DNA of 64,000 bases from an uncultured Saprospiraceae bacterium (GTDB lineage: Bacteria > Bacteroidota > Bacteroidia > Chitinophagales > Saprospiraceae). Under the pieces are notes generated by a model. The model had not been told where the DNA came from. It was given only the letters and a program-made list of their open reading frames with translations, and made no database searches. The first letter of the stretch is position 1. Every line of letters starts with the position of its first letter. Below are positions 22,262 to 32,368 of this stretch, piece after piece. The stretch spans positions 6,894 to 70,893 of the forward strand of contig CAZYAO010000014.1 of NCBI GenBank assembly GCA_964645715.1, written 5' to 3'. A program made the position numbers and the translations under genes.

Positions 22262-22774
22262 TTAATTTTGGGAAGCAAGCTTCGCCTTAACCAGATCGCC
22301 TACATTGGCAGAAGGATCTGTATACAGCAGTACCTGTTCATCGAAGATCATAGTGTAGCCACCTTCTGTGGCAACATCTTTGATTGCCTTATTGATGCGG
22401 TCGTAGATAGGCTGGAGCAATTCATTGCGCTTTGTCTGCACCTGCTGAACCATTTCCTCCTCTTCTTTGCTAAGGGCAGCCTCGCGCTCGCGCAAGCGGC
22501 TACTCTCCTCCTCTTGTTGGCGAGGGGAAAGCTCACCCCGCTCCATTTTTTGTCTTACAAGATTAAAATCCTGCTGCAGTTGCTCGAGATTACCTTGCAG
22601 GCGCTTCTGCAGTTGTGACTGAAGCGCCTCCAGATTAGCTTCCGCCTGTTTGACTTCCGGCATTTCCACCAAGATAGCTGCAGAATTGAGGTAGCCAAAT
22701 TTCTGTGCGTGGGTTAGCTGAAAGCTGCTCACCACGAGCACCAGCGACAGGGCTAATTGCAACACGTTTTTCAT
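22262..22774 (-). CDS. OmpH/Skp-family periplasmic chaperone
   Basis: Signal peptide, then a Gln/Glu-rich coiled-coil typical of OmpH. Start taken at ATG 22774. Confidence 0.8.
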   Translation of the reverse strand: MKNVLQLALSLVLVVSSFQLTHAQKFGYLNSAAILVEMPEVKQAEANLEALQSQLQKRLQGNLEQLQQDFNLVRQKMERGELSPRQQEEESSRLREREAALSKEEEEMVQQVQTKRNELLQPIYDRINKAIKDVATEGGYTMIFDEQVLLYTDPSANVGDLVKAKLASQN

Positions 22775-22863
22775 AGTCAGTAACAAATTTAGTGAACCCA
22801 AAAGAGTTGGCACTGGCAAAGGTAATGAAAAATAATACACTTCGACGCCCGATAAAAACGCAA

Positions 22864-23385
22864 TTATCGCAATCTGCTGATAATATCTTCGGTTTTATCG
22901 TATTGTGCATTGGTAAAAATCATACCTGCATTACTTGATTTATCGAAGATAAAATCATAGCCACGCTCTGCGGCATACGCTTCGATAGCGCGATAAACCT
23001 TATCCTGAATAGGTCTTACCAGTTCTTGCCGTCTGCGAAAAAGTTCCCCCTCTGGTCCGAAACGTTCACGCTGAAGGTCGCGCACATTTTTCTCTTTGTT
23101 CATAATTTCCTCTTCGCGCTGGCGGCGCATATCTTCGCTCAGGAGTACCTGTTCGGCCTGATAGCGGTTGTACATACCTTTAATGAGATCATACTCCTGA
23201 GCAATTTCCTGACGCCACGCGGCTGCCTGGCGGTCGAGTTCTGTCTGAGCTCCCTTGTATTCCTCCACAGATTCGAGGATACGGTCAATTTCTACGTAAG
23301 CAAATTTTTGTGCATTCAGCACCGAGGAAGTAGTTGTGAGCACAGCCAGCAACAGTAACGAGGCTAAAACCAATCGAGTTGTCAT
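22864..23385 (-). CDS. OmpH/Skp-family periplasmic chaperone, second paralogue
   Basis: 173-aa ORF with a signal peptide and coiled-coil. Same architecture as the downstream paralogue. Confidence 0.8.
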   Translation of the reverse strand: MTTRLVLASLLLLAVLTTTSSVLNAQKFAYVEIDRILESVEEYKGAQTELDRQAAAWRQEIAQEYDLIKGMYNRYQAEQVLLSEDMRRQREEEIMNKEKNVRDLQRERFGPEGELFRRRQELVRPIQDKVYRAIEAYAAERGYDFIFDKSSNAGMIFTNAQYDKTEDIISRLR

Positions 23386-23407
23386 AATCGCTTCATTTAA
23401 GTCGAGC

Positions 23408-23415
23408 CAAAAATA
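23408..23415 (-). promoter_or_regulatory. -7 box TAttTTTG upstream of the skp-skp-murI unit
   Basis: Exact match on the minus strand, ending 22 nt upstream of ATG 23385. Confidence 0.25.
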
Positions 23416-23574
23416 ATTATTTCTGATGAGGTTGGACGATCTTTTTACTATCGGCAGTAAAAAGGAAGGTCGGTATCATCTGCACAGAGAACGAATAAAA
23501 CAGGTACAAAGGATGAGCAAATATTCGCTTTAACAGATGTTTAACGATAGGAAGCTTATTACGTTAGCAGTATG

Positions 23575-25104
23575 TTACAGCTCCTTTCGAAGGCGAGCGA
23601 CTGGAATACCGAGCTGTTCGCGATACTTTGCGACGGTACGCCTGGCGATATCATAGCCCTTTTGCAGCAACATATCTTTTAGTTTTTCATCACTTAGCGG
23701 CTTTCGTTTGCTCTCACCATCAATAAACTCCTTGAGTACCTTTTTCACTTCCAGTGTGGACACCTCTTCGCCCTCACTGGTTGACAACGCCTCGGAGAAA
23801 AAGCTTTTGAGCCGATGGACACCGAACTCAGTCTGCACAAATTTACTATTGGCGACACGAGAAACCGTGGATATGTCGAGTCCTGTTATATCTGCAACAT
23901 CTTTGAGAATCATAGGTTTCAGCCTTTTTTCATCGCCGCTGAGCAGGTAGTCGTACTGATAGTGCATGATAGCATACATTACATTGAAGAGCGTTTCCTG
24001 CCGTTGCCGTATCGCATCGATAAACCATTTGGCCGAATCAATTTTCTGCTTAATGAACAATGCTGCCTCTTTCTGTTTTCGATTGACTTTTCCGGCTTTG
24101 GCGCTGGATCGATAAGCACGCAGCATATCCCTGTAGTGATCAGACACCCGCAGATCGGGTGCATTTTTGCTGTGCAGATTGAGTTCCAGTTCACCATCGC
24201 GATTGGTAATCAGAAAATCTGGTATAACATATTGATTACCGTTGGTATCACTTCCACTATACCCACTAGCAGGCTTGGGGTTGAGTTTGAGTATCTCGTC
24301 TATTGCCCCCTTCAGATCATCCTCTTCGATATCGAGCTGTCGGCAAAGTTTATCGTAGTGTTTTTTACTAAACTCATCAAAGTAATCCCTGATAATATCG
24401 CGTGCAAGGCGAATATCCAGCACTTGATATACGGAAAAGGAATCACTTTGCGCCAATTTGGTCTCCAGCTGAATAAGCAAGCATTCCCTCAAATCACGAG
24501 CCCCGAGCCCCGGGGGATCAAAACGTTGAATCTGCAACAACACTGCCCTAATTTCTTCTGATGTTACGGCAATATTTCTGGTAAAAAGCAAATCATCCAT
24601 GATAGCATCGGCGTCACGACGCAAGTAACCGTCATCGTCAATGCTGCCGATAATCTGTCGCGCGATAATCTCTGCCCGTTCATTATCAAGCTGCAGCATA
24701 CCCAGCTGCTGCTCCAGATAGTCGTGAAAATCATTTTCTACGGCTATAGGGAGCTGCTTATCGGCCTCCGGAGCGTAAGTATCTGCAGAAGACTGGTAAG
24801 AAACAGGATCTTCATCGATGAACTGCTGTATGTAGTCATCCAGTTGAAAATCATCCCGTGCATAATCCTCCTCCTCGGACGAACCTCCCCCTTGGTCGAA
24901 AGTATCATCTCCGGAAAAAGACATATCAGAAGCGGGTTCTTCAAAAACGGCTCCATCTCCCTCTTCAAGGGCAGGATTTGACTCCAGTTCCTCCTTTATC
25001 CGCTGTTCCAATATCGCTGTAGGAATCTGCAACAGTTTCATTAGCTGAATCTGCTGCGGAGACAGCTTTTGGAGCATTTTCTGACTTAAAGTCTGTTTAA
25101 TCAT
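23575..25104 (-). CDS. rpoN: RNA polymerase sigma-54 factor
   Basis: The N-terminal Gln/Leu region reads LSQKMLQKLSPQQIQLMKLLQ. The C-terminus carries an RpoN-box-like ARRTVAKYREQLGIP. Start taken at ATG 25104. Confidence 0.93.
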   Translation of the reverse strand: MIKQTLSQKMLQKLSPQQIQLMKLLQIPTAILEQRIKEELESNPALEEGDGAVFEEPASDMSFSGDDTFDQGGGSSEEEDYARDDFQLDDYIQQFIDEDPVSYQSSADTYAPEADKQLPIAVENDFHDYLEQQLGMLQLDNERAEIIARQIIGSIDDDGYLRRDADAIMDDLLFTRNIAVTSEEIRAVLLQIQRFDPPGLGARDLRECLLIQLETKLAQSDSFSVYQVLDIRLARDIIRDYFDEFSKKHYDKLCRQLDIEEDDLKGAIDEILKLNPKPASGYSGSDTNGNQYVIPDFLITNRDGELELNLHSKNAPDLRVSDHYRDMLRAYRSSAKAGKVNRKQKEAALFIKQKIDSAKWFIDAIRQRQETLFNVMYAIMHYQYDYLLSGDEKRLKPMILKDVADITGLDISTVSRVANSKFVQTEFGVHRLKSFFSEALSTSEGEEVSTLEVKKVLKEFIDGESKRKPLSDEKLKDMLLQKGYDIARRTVAKYREQLGIPVARLRKEL

Positions 25105-25652
25105 AATACCAATTGTCAACTAAGCCTGGTGCACAGTCATCATGTCCTCATAAACCGAAACGGGCGGGCGGGATATGGCAGACAACCCATTACCTGTGTA
25201 ATTAAACCCATTATGCCTGTCGGCGTGTGGACATATTGAACAACTGTCCGTGCTATCTTATGCAAGTGAAAAAATACATGCCAATGCAGTAGCTGAAGAC
25301 TCCCAGTACAAACATTGTATTATTGATACGCAAGCCCGGCATTTTTGTTTTGATATTTGGCAAGATTTTTGATGACAATTTAAAAATAAAATTCATATAA
25401 ACTTTTCGTTTTACAAATTAAAAAAAATAATTTATTTAACAAAATAACAAACAGCACACTAATTGCACAACAAACATATACGTTCCGAAAAACAGAATAC
25501 GTGCCTTACAGCAGACAATATAAATATATTGCGAAAAAAACCATTAGATGTCAATTCAACCCAAAATACAGAGAATTCCTGCAAGATGAAACCAAGCACT
25601 GCCAGTCATTGTTGTGTAATATTGATTTAGATATCAAACAAACGACCAACGC

Positions 25653-28535
25653 ATGACAGTAACCTCCCCGGTGTCTGAAACACAAGGAAGAATAAGTTTT
25701 ATTGAATGGCAGGGAGACCCCCTGCGGGTAAAGCAATACAAGCTTAGCAACGGGCTTACGCTCTATATGAGTGTTAACCATAATGAGCCACGCATACATA
25801 CCAACATAGCATTTAGAGCAGGCTCCAAGTATGATCCTGCGGAAGCCACTGGACTAGCGCACTATATGGAACATATGCTCTTCAAAGGAAGCAGCCAGTT
25901 AGGGACACTTAACTGGGCGGAAGAGCATCAGCTTTTGGAAAGGATAGCTGATTTGTTTGAAGTGTATCGAAAAACAGCGGATAGTGAGCGTCGCAAAGCG
26001 CTGTACGCTGAAATCGACCAGCTCAGCCAAGAAGCGACGCGCTGGGTTGCACCCAATGAATATGATCGCCTTGCGACGGCACTAGGATCGCGGGACACCA
26101 ATGCATATACCGGGCTTGAGCAGACGGTATACGTCAATGACATTCCTGCCAACGAATTGGAGCGCTGGTTCATGCTCGAATCAGAGCGATTTCGCAACTT
26201 AGCCCTACGTCTCTTTCACACCGAATTGGAAACTGTCTACGAAGAATTCAATATAGGGCAGGATCATGATTTTCGAAAATCACATCACGCGCTGTTATCG
26301 CTGCTCTTTCCCAACCATCGCTACGGAACCGAGACCATCATCGGGCGGCCCGAACATTTGAAAAATCCCTCTATCAGGCTGATAGAGTCTTTTTTTAGCA
26401 CATATTACGTACCTAACAATATGGCCATTGTGCTGGCAGGAGAGTTCGATCCGGAAGAAGCGGTAGTACTGGCAGAGCGCTACTTCGGAGATTACAAAGC
26501 CAAAGACTTTCCGCAGCACATTTTCGATGAGCAGCCTGTACTGACTGCCCCTGTTCGCAAAGAAGTACTGGGGCAAGAATCTCCTTACCTGATTATGGGG
26601 TGGCGACTGGGTTCCGGGCGGAGTGAAGAGGGGCTTATGGCATCGCTGGTACAACATTTGCTGCACAACCAACAGGCGGGGCTGATAGACCTCAACGTCA
26701 ACCAGGAGCAAAAAGCTCTGGAGGCGGAGGCCTTTGCATGGCTAATGGAAGACTACTCCATACTGGGCTTATTTGGCAAGCCCAGAGACGGACAAACGCT
26801 CGAGGAGTTGGAAGCGCTACTACTTGAACAAATGCGCATGCTTGCCGCGGGAGAGTGGGAAGAATGGCTGCTTGAAGCCTGCATTAAGGATATGAAGCTG
26901 GGTGACACCAAAGGTCACGACAACAATGACGCACGCGTATCTGCCATTACAAACTGTTTTGTGCTGGGGATTCCGTGGGAGCAGCACATTCAGCGGTTCA
27001 GCTGGCTACAGGCACGCACCAAGAAAGATATTGTAGCTTTTGTGCGCGAGCGATGCCCGCTGCATGCCTATGCGTCCGTCTACAAGCGACAGGGCACTGA
27101 CCCGGGTGTTATCAAGGTTGAAAAACCCACCATTACCCCCATTGAGCTTAAGCGAGAAGAACTTTCAGCATTTGGGCGACAGTTTCTCAGCAATCCCCCT
27201 GCGCGGATGTCTCCGGTTTTTGCAGATTTTGAAAACACCATTCATCGGCAGACTTTGCAGCCCGGGCTGGAATTTCACTACGTCAACAACCCGACCAATG
27301 ATGCATTCCGGCTTGACTACATATTTGAGCTGGGTAAGTTGCATAGCAGAGAACTATCACTGGCCGTAGGTTATCTCCCCTACCTGGGTACGAGCAAACT
27401 TAGTGCTGCGGACATTCAACGATCGTTTTTCCGGCTGGGCCTTCATTTTGAAGTACTGATTTATGACGAACGCTGCCACATCTCACTCACCGGATTGGAA
27501 GAATCCATGGCTGCCGGTATGGAGCTGGTAGAACATATTCTATCTGATTTACAACCAGATAAAGACACCTGGTCGTTGGTACTGGAGGATATTCTGCTCA
27601 AACGTGCCAACGCCAAGCAGGATCGATCCGTAATTCTCCGTGAGGCACTTAGCAGCTATGCCCGCTACGGTTCCAGTTCGCCCTTTACCTACCGGCTTGA
27701 TACGGAAGCATTGGGTACTCTGACACCTGATCAGCTAATCCGCGAGTTACAGCAACTACTCAACCACGAGCATCGCATCTATTATTACGGGCGTAAACAA
27801 CCTGAAGTAATATTACAGCTCCTCAGGCAACACCATCGAACTCCTGCCTCGTTACTACCGCCGCCACCCAGCCTGCGTTTTGAGCAGCTTCCCACCGAAC
27901 AGGATGAGGTACTATTTGTCCATTTTCCGCTGGTGCAGACAGATCTGCTGATGATGTCGCGTGGTACACCTCAGTTCAACCTTGAAGAATACAACCTGCA
28001 GGACTTATACAATGAATACTTTGGCTATGGGCTTTCCTCTATAGTTTTTCAGGAAATACGGGAAGCCAAAGGGCTTGCATACAGCACTTACGCCTACTAC
28101 TCGAGCCCCGACAGGAGAGATCGGGCCCATTATCTTCGGGCCTATGCGGGCACACAACCAGATAAAGTAGCGGATGCTCTTCCCGCGCTCAGAAACATCA
28201 TTGAACAAATGCCCGTGGTGCCCGAAGCGATTGAACAGGCGCGTCAATCGTTGATACAGCGCATTGAGAGCGACCGGATTTCACCCCGACGGCTTTACTG
28301 GGAAGCCCAAGGGAGCTGGGATTTAGGACATTCGCATGATCTGCTACGGAATATGTACGACACACTTCAACAATTGCCCCCAACGGGGCTGCTCGATTTT
28401 CACCATAAGTATGTACAAGGGCGTTGTTACAAGCTGCTAGTACTGGGTGATGAAAATCAGGTGCCGCTGGATTTTCTCGACCGCGCCCATGGTCCTATTC
28501 GAAGGCTGTCGCTGGAAGAGATTTTTGGCTATTAA
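25653..28535 (+). CDS. M16 (insulinase/pitrilysin) family zinc peptidase, double-length
   Basis: Inverted zinc motif HxxEH (HYMEHMLFKG). The 960-aa length is consistent with tandem M16 halves. Confidence 0.85.
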   Translation: MTVTSPVSETQGRISFIEWQGDPLRVKQYKLSNGLTLYMSVNHNEPRIHTNIAFRAGSKYDPAEATGLAHYMEHMLFKGSSQLGTLNWAEEHQLLERIADLFEVYRKTADSERRKALYAEIDQLSQEATRWVAPNEYDRLATALGSRDTNAYTGLEQTVYVNDIPANELERWFMLESERFRNLALRLFHTELETVYEEFNIGQDHDFRKSHHALLSLLFPNHRYGTETIIGRPEHLKNPSIRLIESFFSTYYVPNNMAIVLAGEFDPEEAVVLAERYFGDYKAKDFPQHIFDEQPVLTAPVRKEVLGQESPYLIMGWRLGSGRSEEGLMASLVQHLLHNQQAGLIDLNVNQEQKALEAEAFAWLMEDYSILGLFGKPRDGQTLEELEALLLEQMRMLAAGEWEEWLLEACIKDMKLGDTKGHDNNDARVSAITNCFVLGIPWEQHIQRFSWLQARTKKDIVAFVRERCPLHAYASVYKRQGTDPGVIKVEKPTITPIELKREELSAFGRQFLSNPPARMSPVFADFENTIHRQTLQPGLEFHYVNNPTNDAFRLDYIFELGKLHSRELSLAVGYLPYLGTSKLSAADIQRSFFRLGLHFEVLIYDERCHISLTGLEESMAAGMELVEHILSDLQPDKDTWSLVLEDILLKRANAKQDRSVILREALSSYARYGSSSPFTYRLDTEALGTLTPDQLIRELQQLLNHEHRIYYYGRKQPEVILQLLRQHHRTPASLLPPPPSLRFEQLPTEQDEVLFVHFPLVQTDLLMMSRGTPQFNLEEYNLQDLYNEYFGYGLSSIVFQEIREAKGLAYSTYAYYSSPDRRDRAHYLRAYAGTQPDKVADALPALRNIIEQMPVVPEAIEQARQSLIQRIESDRISPRRLYWEAQGSWDLGHSHDLLRNMYDTLQQLPPTGLLDFHHKYVQGRCYKLLVLGDENQVPLDFLDRAHGPIRRLSLEEIFGY

Positions 28536-28570
28536 AAAAGCCGCCCGCGTAGCTGCGGGCGGCTTTTTTT
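28534..28570. terminator. Bidirectional intrinsic terminator between the convergent M16 peptidase and lipoprotein genes
   Basis: aaaaaa-gccgcccgc-gtagct-gcgggcggc-ttttttt: a 9-bp GC stem flanked by an A-tract and a T-tract. Confidence 0.85.
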
Positions 28571-28573
28571 AAT

Positions 28574-29131
28574 CTAGGGCCATGCAACATTGATCCGCAT
28601 ATTTTTATTCCCGGCTTTACCTGTTTGAACGGACGTAATTTGGTAGCCCAGTCCGGGCATAAAAGTGAGTTCACGACGCGTATCTGCGATAGCTGAAGAG
28701 AAAAATTCCTCCACCAGTACGCGGCTCACCTTCCCGTCCATGAAGTCAACGTGTAGCCTGCGCGTAGGCACTCTTGCATCCGTCGCCTCATAGGTGACAG
28801 ACTCGAGGACACCAGCCTGGCTAACAAGGCTGTCAATGGTATATTTATCAAGCCATGCAGGTTTATTGATATCTGCCTGTACGAACAGGTCGAGCTCCTT
28901 GTCGTAGTCGAGTGTTGACAGGACTTTTTCTTCGATACGATCACCGAGACTAACAGATTTGACAGCCTTCGGCTGATTGCGTTGCAACCCACGTGCTTGT
29001 TGACGAATATAGCCCTCGAGGTCAAAAAAAGCTAGGTGAGCCCCCTTTTGGGTGTCCTCGGGCGTGCAGGCAAGCAATGTGGTCAGTATTGTGAACAGCC
29101 AAAAGCTACGTATCAGATACCGGATAACCAT
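28574..29131 (-). CDS. Hypothetical lipoprotein
   Basis: 185-aa ORF with a lipoprotein-type signal ending LLAC. I recognise no family. Confidence 0.55.
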   Translation of the reverse strand: MVIRYLIRSFWLFTILTTLLACTPEDTQKGAHLAFFDLEGYIRQQARGLQRNQPKAVKSVSLGDRIEEKVLSTLDYDKELDLFVQADINKPAWLDKYTIDSLVSQAGVLESVTYEATDARVPTRRLHVDFMDGKVSRVLVEEFFSSAIADTRRELTFMPGLGYQITSVQTGKAGNKNMRINVAWP

Positions 29132-29255
29132 GGATAGTAAGTCATTGTGCGCCGACAGGCATTATACTGCCGGCAATGGAAGCAATGCTACAAGAACAGC
29201 CAGGCAAGCTTTCGGTTGAAGAAACAGCGAATAAAAGCGAATGCCGCAGACAACC

Positions 29256-30794
29256 TCAGAGAGGTTCAATCAGGCTGACCCCCTCCATAGCTGCTGGTTG
29301 TTGCAACTCCAGCATCCAGAGAAGGCTTGGGGCCACATCGCCCAATTTTCCGTCCCTAAGCCTGTATTTAGCAGCCCTGGGGCTTATGAAGATACAAGGC
29401 ACAGGATTCATAGTATGAGCCGTATTGGGCGATCCGTCGGCATTGATCAGGAAGTCCGAATTGCCGTGATCGGCGATTACCAGCAGCTCGTATCCCTCTT
29501 CGAGTGCGGCATCGACCAGTCGGCCGAGGCATTCATCGACGACTTCGACAGCCCTGACAGCCGCACTAAACACCCCTGTGTGCCCTACCATATCGGCATT
29601 GGCATAATTGAGACATATAAAATCGGGTTGATGCGAGCGCATATCTTCAATAGCAGCTTCTGTAATACCCTGAGCGCTCATTTCCGGTTTGAGATCATAA
29701 GTAGGCACCTCTTTGGGCGAAGGAATCAGTATCCGCCTTTCACCTGTAAAAGGCTCTTCCTTTCCCCCGTTGAAAAAGAAAGTAACGTGCGGATACTTCT
29801 CCGTTTCCGCGATTCGCAGCTGGGACATACCTGCCCTTGAGAGTACCTCCCCCAAGGTATTATTCATATCTTTTTTCTCAAAAAGCGGCTCTACCCCACT
29901 GAAAGTTTCGTCATAACTGGTCATACTCAGGTATCGCAAGTTGAGCTTGCGCATCTGGTACTCGGGGAAATCGCGCTGAGAGAGCGCAATGGTCAGTTGT
30001 CGGGGCCTATCTGTACGAAAATTGAAAAATACCACCACGTCTCCTTCCTGTATAGTAGCGATTGGCTGTCCGTCTTCGGTCGTACAACAGACAGGCAGAA
30101 TGAACTCATCTGTCTCCCCCTTTTCATAGCGAGCCGCGAGTGTGCCCAAGGGATCTGAAGCAGCTTCCCCTATTCCGTGAACCAGCAGATCATAGGCAAC
30201 CTTCACCCGTTCCCAGCGATTATCGCGGTCCATGGCATAATATCTGCCCACGACGCTTGCCAATTTTGTGGGTAGATGCCGGATATGCGCCAGCACATCG
30301 GCCAGATAGCCCATGCCGCTTTTAGGATCTGTATCCCTGCCATCTGTAAATGCATGAATAAACGATTTTTGCACCCCCTGTGTGTGCGCTATTTCGCAAA
30401 GGGCTTTAAGATGGCTGGTATGCGAGTGTACTCCCCCATCTGACACAAGCCCCAGAAAATGTACAGCCTTATCATTTGCCTTAGCATAAGACAATGCCTC
30501 CAGCAGCGCCGGATTGCGCGCCAGGCTACCATCGCGAACTGCCACATTGATGCGTACCAATTCTTGGTAGACCACCCTGCCAGCACCTATATTCAGATGC
30601 CCAACCTCCGAATTCCCCATTTGTCCTTCGGGCAAGCCCACCTCTTCGCCATAAGTGACCAGAGTGGCATGGGGATAGGTCTCCATGAAAGCATCGAAGC
30701 GGGGTGTGTTTGCCTGTGCGATGGCATCAGCGTTGGGCGTTTGCCCCAGCCCCCAACCATCCAGAATGACCAATAAAGCTTTGCGATTGCTCAT
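29256..30794 (-). CDS. gpmI: 2,3-bisphosphoglycerate-independent phosphoglycerate mutase
   Basis: 512-aa ORF with LVILDGWG, NSEVGHLNIGAGR and ADHGN motifs. Confidence 0.94.
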   Translation of the reverse strand: MSNRKALLVILDGWGLGQTPNADAIAQANTPRFDAFMETYPHATLVTYGEEVGLPEGQMGNSEVGHLNIGAGRVVYQELVRINVAVRDGSLARNPALLEALSYAKANDKAVHFLGLVSDGGVHSHTSHLKALCEIAHTQGVQKSFIHAFTDGRDTDPKSGMGYLADVLAHIRHLPTKLASVVGRYYAMDRDNRWERVKVAYDLLVHGIGEAASDPLGTLAARYEKGETDEFILPVCCTTEDGQPIATIQEGDVVVFFNFRTDRPRQLTIALSQRDFPEYQMRKLNLRYLSMTSYDETFSGVEPLFEKKDMNNTLGEVLSRAGMSQLRIAETEKYPHVTFFFNGGKEEPFTGERRILIPSPKEVPTYDLKPEMSAQGITEAAIEDMRSHQPDFICLNYANADMVGHTGVFSAAVRAVEVVDECLGRLVDAALEEGYELLVIADHGNSDFLINADGSPNTAHTMNPVPCIFISPRAAKYRLRDGKLGDVAPSLLWMLELQQPAAMEGVSLIEPL

Positions 30795-30836
30795 AACTAA
30801 TAAATTCTAAACCCTGTTGTAATCGTTTACAGGATA

Positions 30837-30844
30837 CAAAAGTA
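30837..30844 (-). promoter_or_regulatory. -7 box TActTTTG upstream of gpmI
   Basis: Exact match on the minus strand, ending 42 nt upstream of ATG 30794. Confidence 0.25.
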
Positions 30845-30899
30845 AGCAACTTAGTGTAAAAAATACAACAATCATAGCGGGTGTAAGGTTGATGTTGAT

Positions 30900-30943
30900 T
30901 TCCGCCCTTCTTTGGCAGCTGACGCTGCCAAAGAAGGGCGGAA
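30900..30943 (-). terminator. Perfect 20-bp hairpin downstream of the M24/MgtC operon
   Basis: ttccgcccttctttggcagc-tgac-gctgccaaagaagggcggaa. It lies 142 nt after the stop at 31085. There is no clear U-tract. Confidence 0.5.
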
Positions 30944-31084
30944 AAACACAATTTACCTTTTCGGTTTTTTGGAAAAAGCCAGAGAAACAACCCATATTTT
31001 TAGCATTTATTTCTCCCTACGTGGCGGCGAAACACCTATCAGACAGCCTCTGGCAAGGCCTCTTTTGGCAGCTTGTCACGCGCA

Positions 31085-32368
31085 TCAGACTGCTTTTTGC
31101 AACAGAAACAAAACTGAGGCAAGCCCTACCAGCAGCACCAAACCAAATCCGAGCCAAACGGACTTTCTTACATCCGCAGCACCGGTAGACAGGCTTATCC
31201 CGAGTTTGAAAACAGAGTTGGACAAAGCTGCCAGCAAAATAATTACAGCCGCCTGAACATTAATAATCGACTGACTAGCAGACCATTTAGCAGTACTAAT
31301 AGTTATAGCATCAAGATCTGCGATACCAGCGATAGCCCCGGACAGGTAGATGAGTGAACCCCCGAGCCACTGCCGGGAACCAAACATAAGATAGGTGATT
31401 CCTATATAGAGCAAGAGAAACCAAACGGCATTTGAAACATCCAGCGGGTAACCCGGCGACAATTTAGCATCGGCCTGATTCTTAGAGGAGGAGCGATAGA
31501 TCATTGCTGTCGGCACGAGGCACGCCAGAAACATGGCGAACAGCGGCCAAAACATCAGGCGGGCCAACGGAGGGTGAAAGATACCTGCCAGCAACAGTAC
31601 CCTTGCAAACATGATGGCCGACGCCAGTACGATACCAGACCCAAATACAGCCCCCAGCGATGGATTCTCCCTACTTTTTGCTGAAAAAACCCAGGCAATG
31701 AGCGTGGAAGAAAAAAGGCCTCCAATCACAGCCGTTATCCATATACCTTTATCCGGCTTTCCAAATTTAAGCAATAAATAACCTATAAAACTTAGTGACA
31801 ACACCAGTACTACGATCCAGCCCAATTCGCGTAAGTTGAGCAGTGCCCCTGGTCCAAATGACTTATCCGGTAACAGCGGCAGGATCAGCAATGCCATTAC
31901 AAAGAACTTGATAAAAGCATAAAGTTCCTCCGTAGTCAGTTGGCGGATGAACCCATGCAGTTGCTCTTTGAGTGACAGCACAAGTGTGAGCACCACCACC
32001 AGCACCATTGCCTCGGTGATATAGCCTGCTGCTATCATTGCCCCGATAGCAAACGACAGAAAAAGCGCGATTTCCGTCGTCAGCCCCAAATTCCCCATTG
32101 TTGACTGCGCAAAGTAGGCGATAACAATCAGGATGAAGAAACCTATACCAAACAGCAATAACAATTGTGGATAACCGATACCATGCAGCCAGGTAGCCAC
32201 ATAGCCCAGCAAGGTAGCTAGTACGAACGTCCTGATTCCCCCCAGGTGAGCGGGTTTGGCATGCGTATTAAACTCGCGCTCGAGCCCCAGCACTAGGCCG
32301 ATGCCAGCGGCAATAAGCAATCCTTTGAAAAAGTCAGGCAAAAAGCCCTCAAAGAAACCTTGCATCAC
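31085..32368 (-). CDS. MgtC/SapB-family membrane protein with a DUF4010-like C-terminal region
   Basis: 427-aa polytopic membrane protein. The N-terminus GLVLGLEREF followed by GGIRTF is typical of MgtC. Its start overlaps the upstream stop by 4 nt. Confidence 0.65.
   Translation of the reverse strand: MMQGFFEGFLPDFFKGLLIAAGIGLVLGLEREFNTHAKPAHLGGIRTFVLATLLGYVATWLHGIGYPQLLLLFGIGFFILIVIAYFAQSTMGNLGLTTEIALFLSFAIGAMIAAGYITEAMVLVVVLTLVLSLKEQLHGFIRQLTTEELYAFIKFFVMALLILPLLPDKSFGPGALLNLRELGWIVVLVLSLSFIGYLLLKFGKPDKGIWITAVIGGLFSSTLIAWVFSAKSRENPSLGAVFGSGIVLASAIMFARVLLLAGIFHPPLARLMFWPLFAMFLACLVPTAMIYRSSSKNQADAKLSPGYPLDVSNAVWFLLLYIGITYLMFGSRQWLGGSLIYLSGAIAGIADLDAITISTAKWSASQSIINVQAAVIILLAALSNSVFKLGISLSTGAADVRKSVWLGFGLVLLVGLASVLFLLQKAV

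Noticed and set aside
25551-25799. 82-aa minus-strand ORF in the rpoN/M16 intergenic region
   Set aside because: It overlaps the M16 start, lies in AT-rich DNA and has a non-protein-like composition.
30727-31256. Four overlapping 62-114-aa ORFs in the gpmI-MgtC gap, two of them containing LPKKGG
   Set aside because: The shared peptide is produced by the perfect 20-bp palindrome read in both directions. There is no start context or family support.
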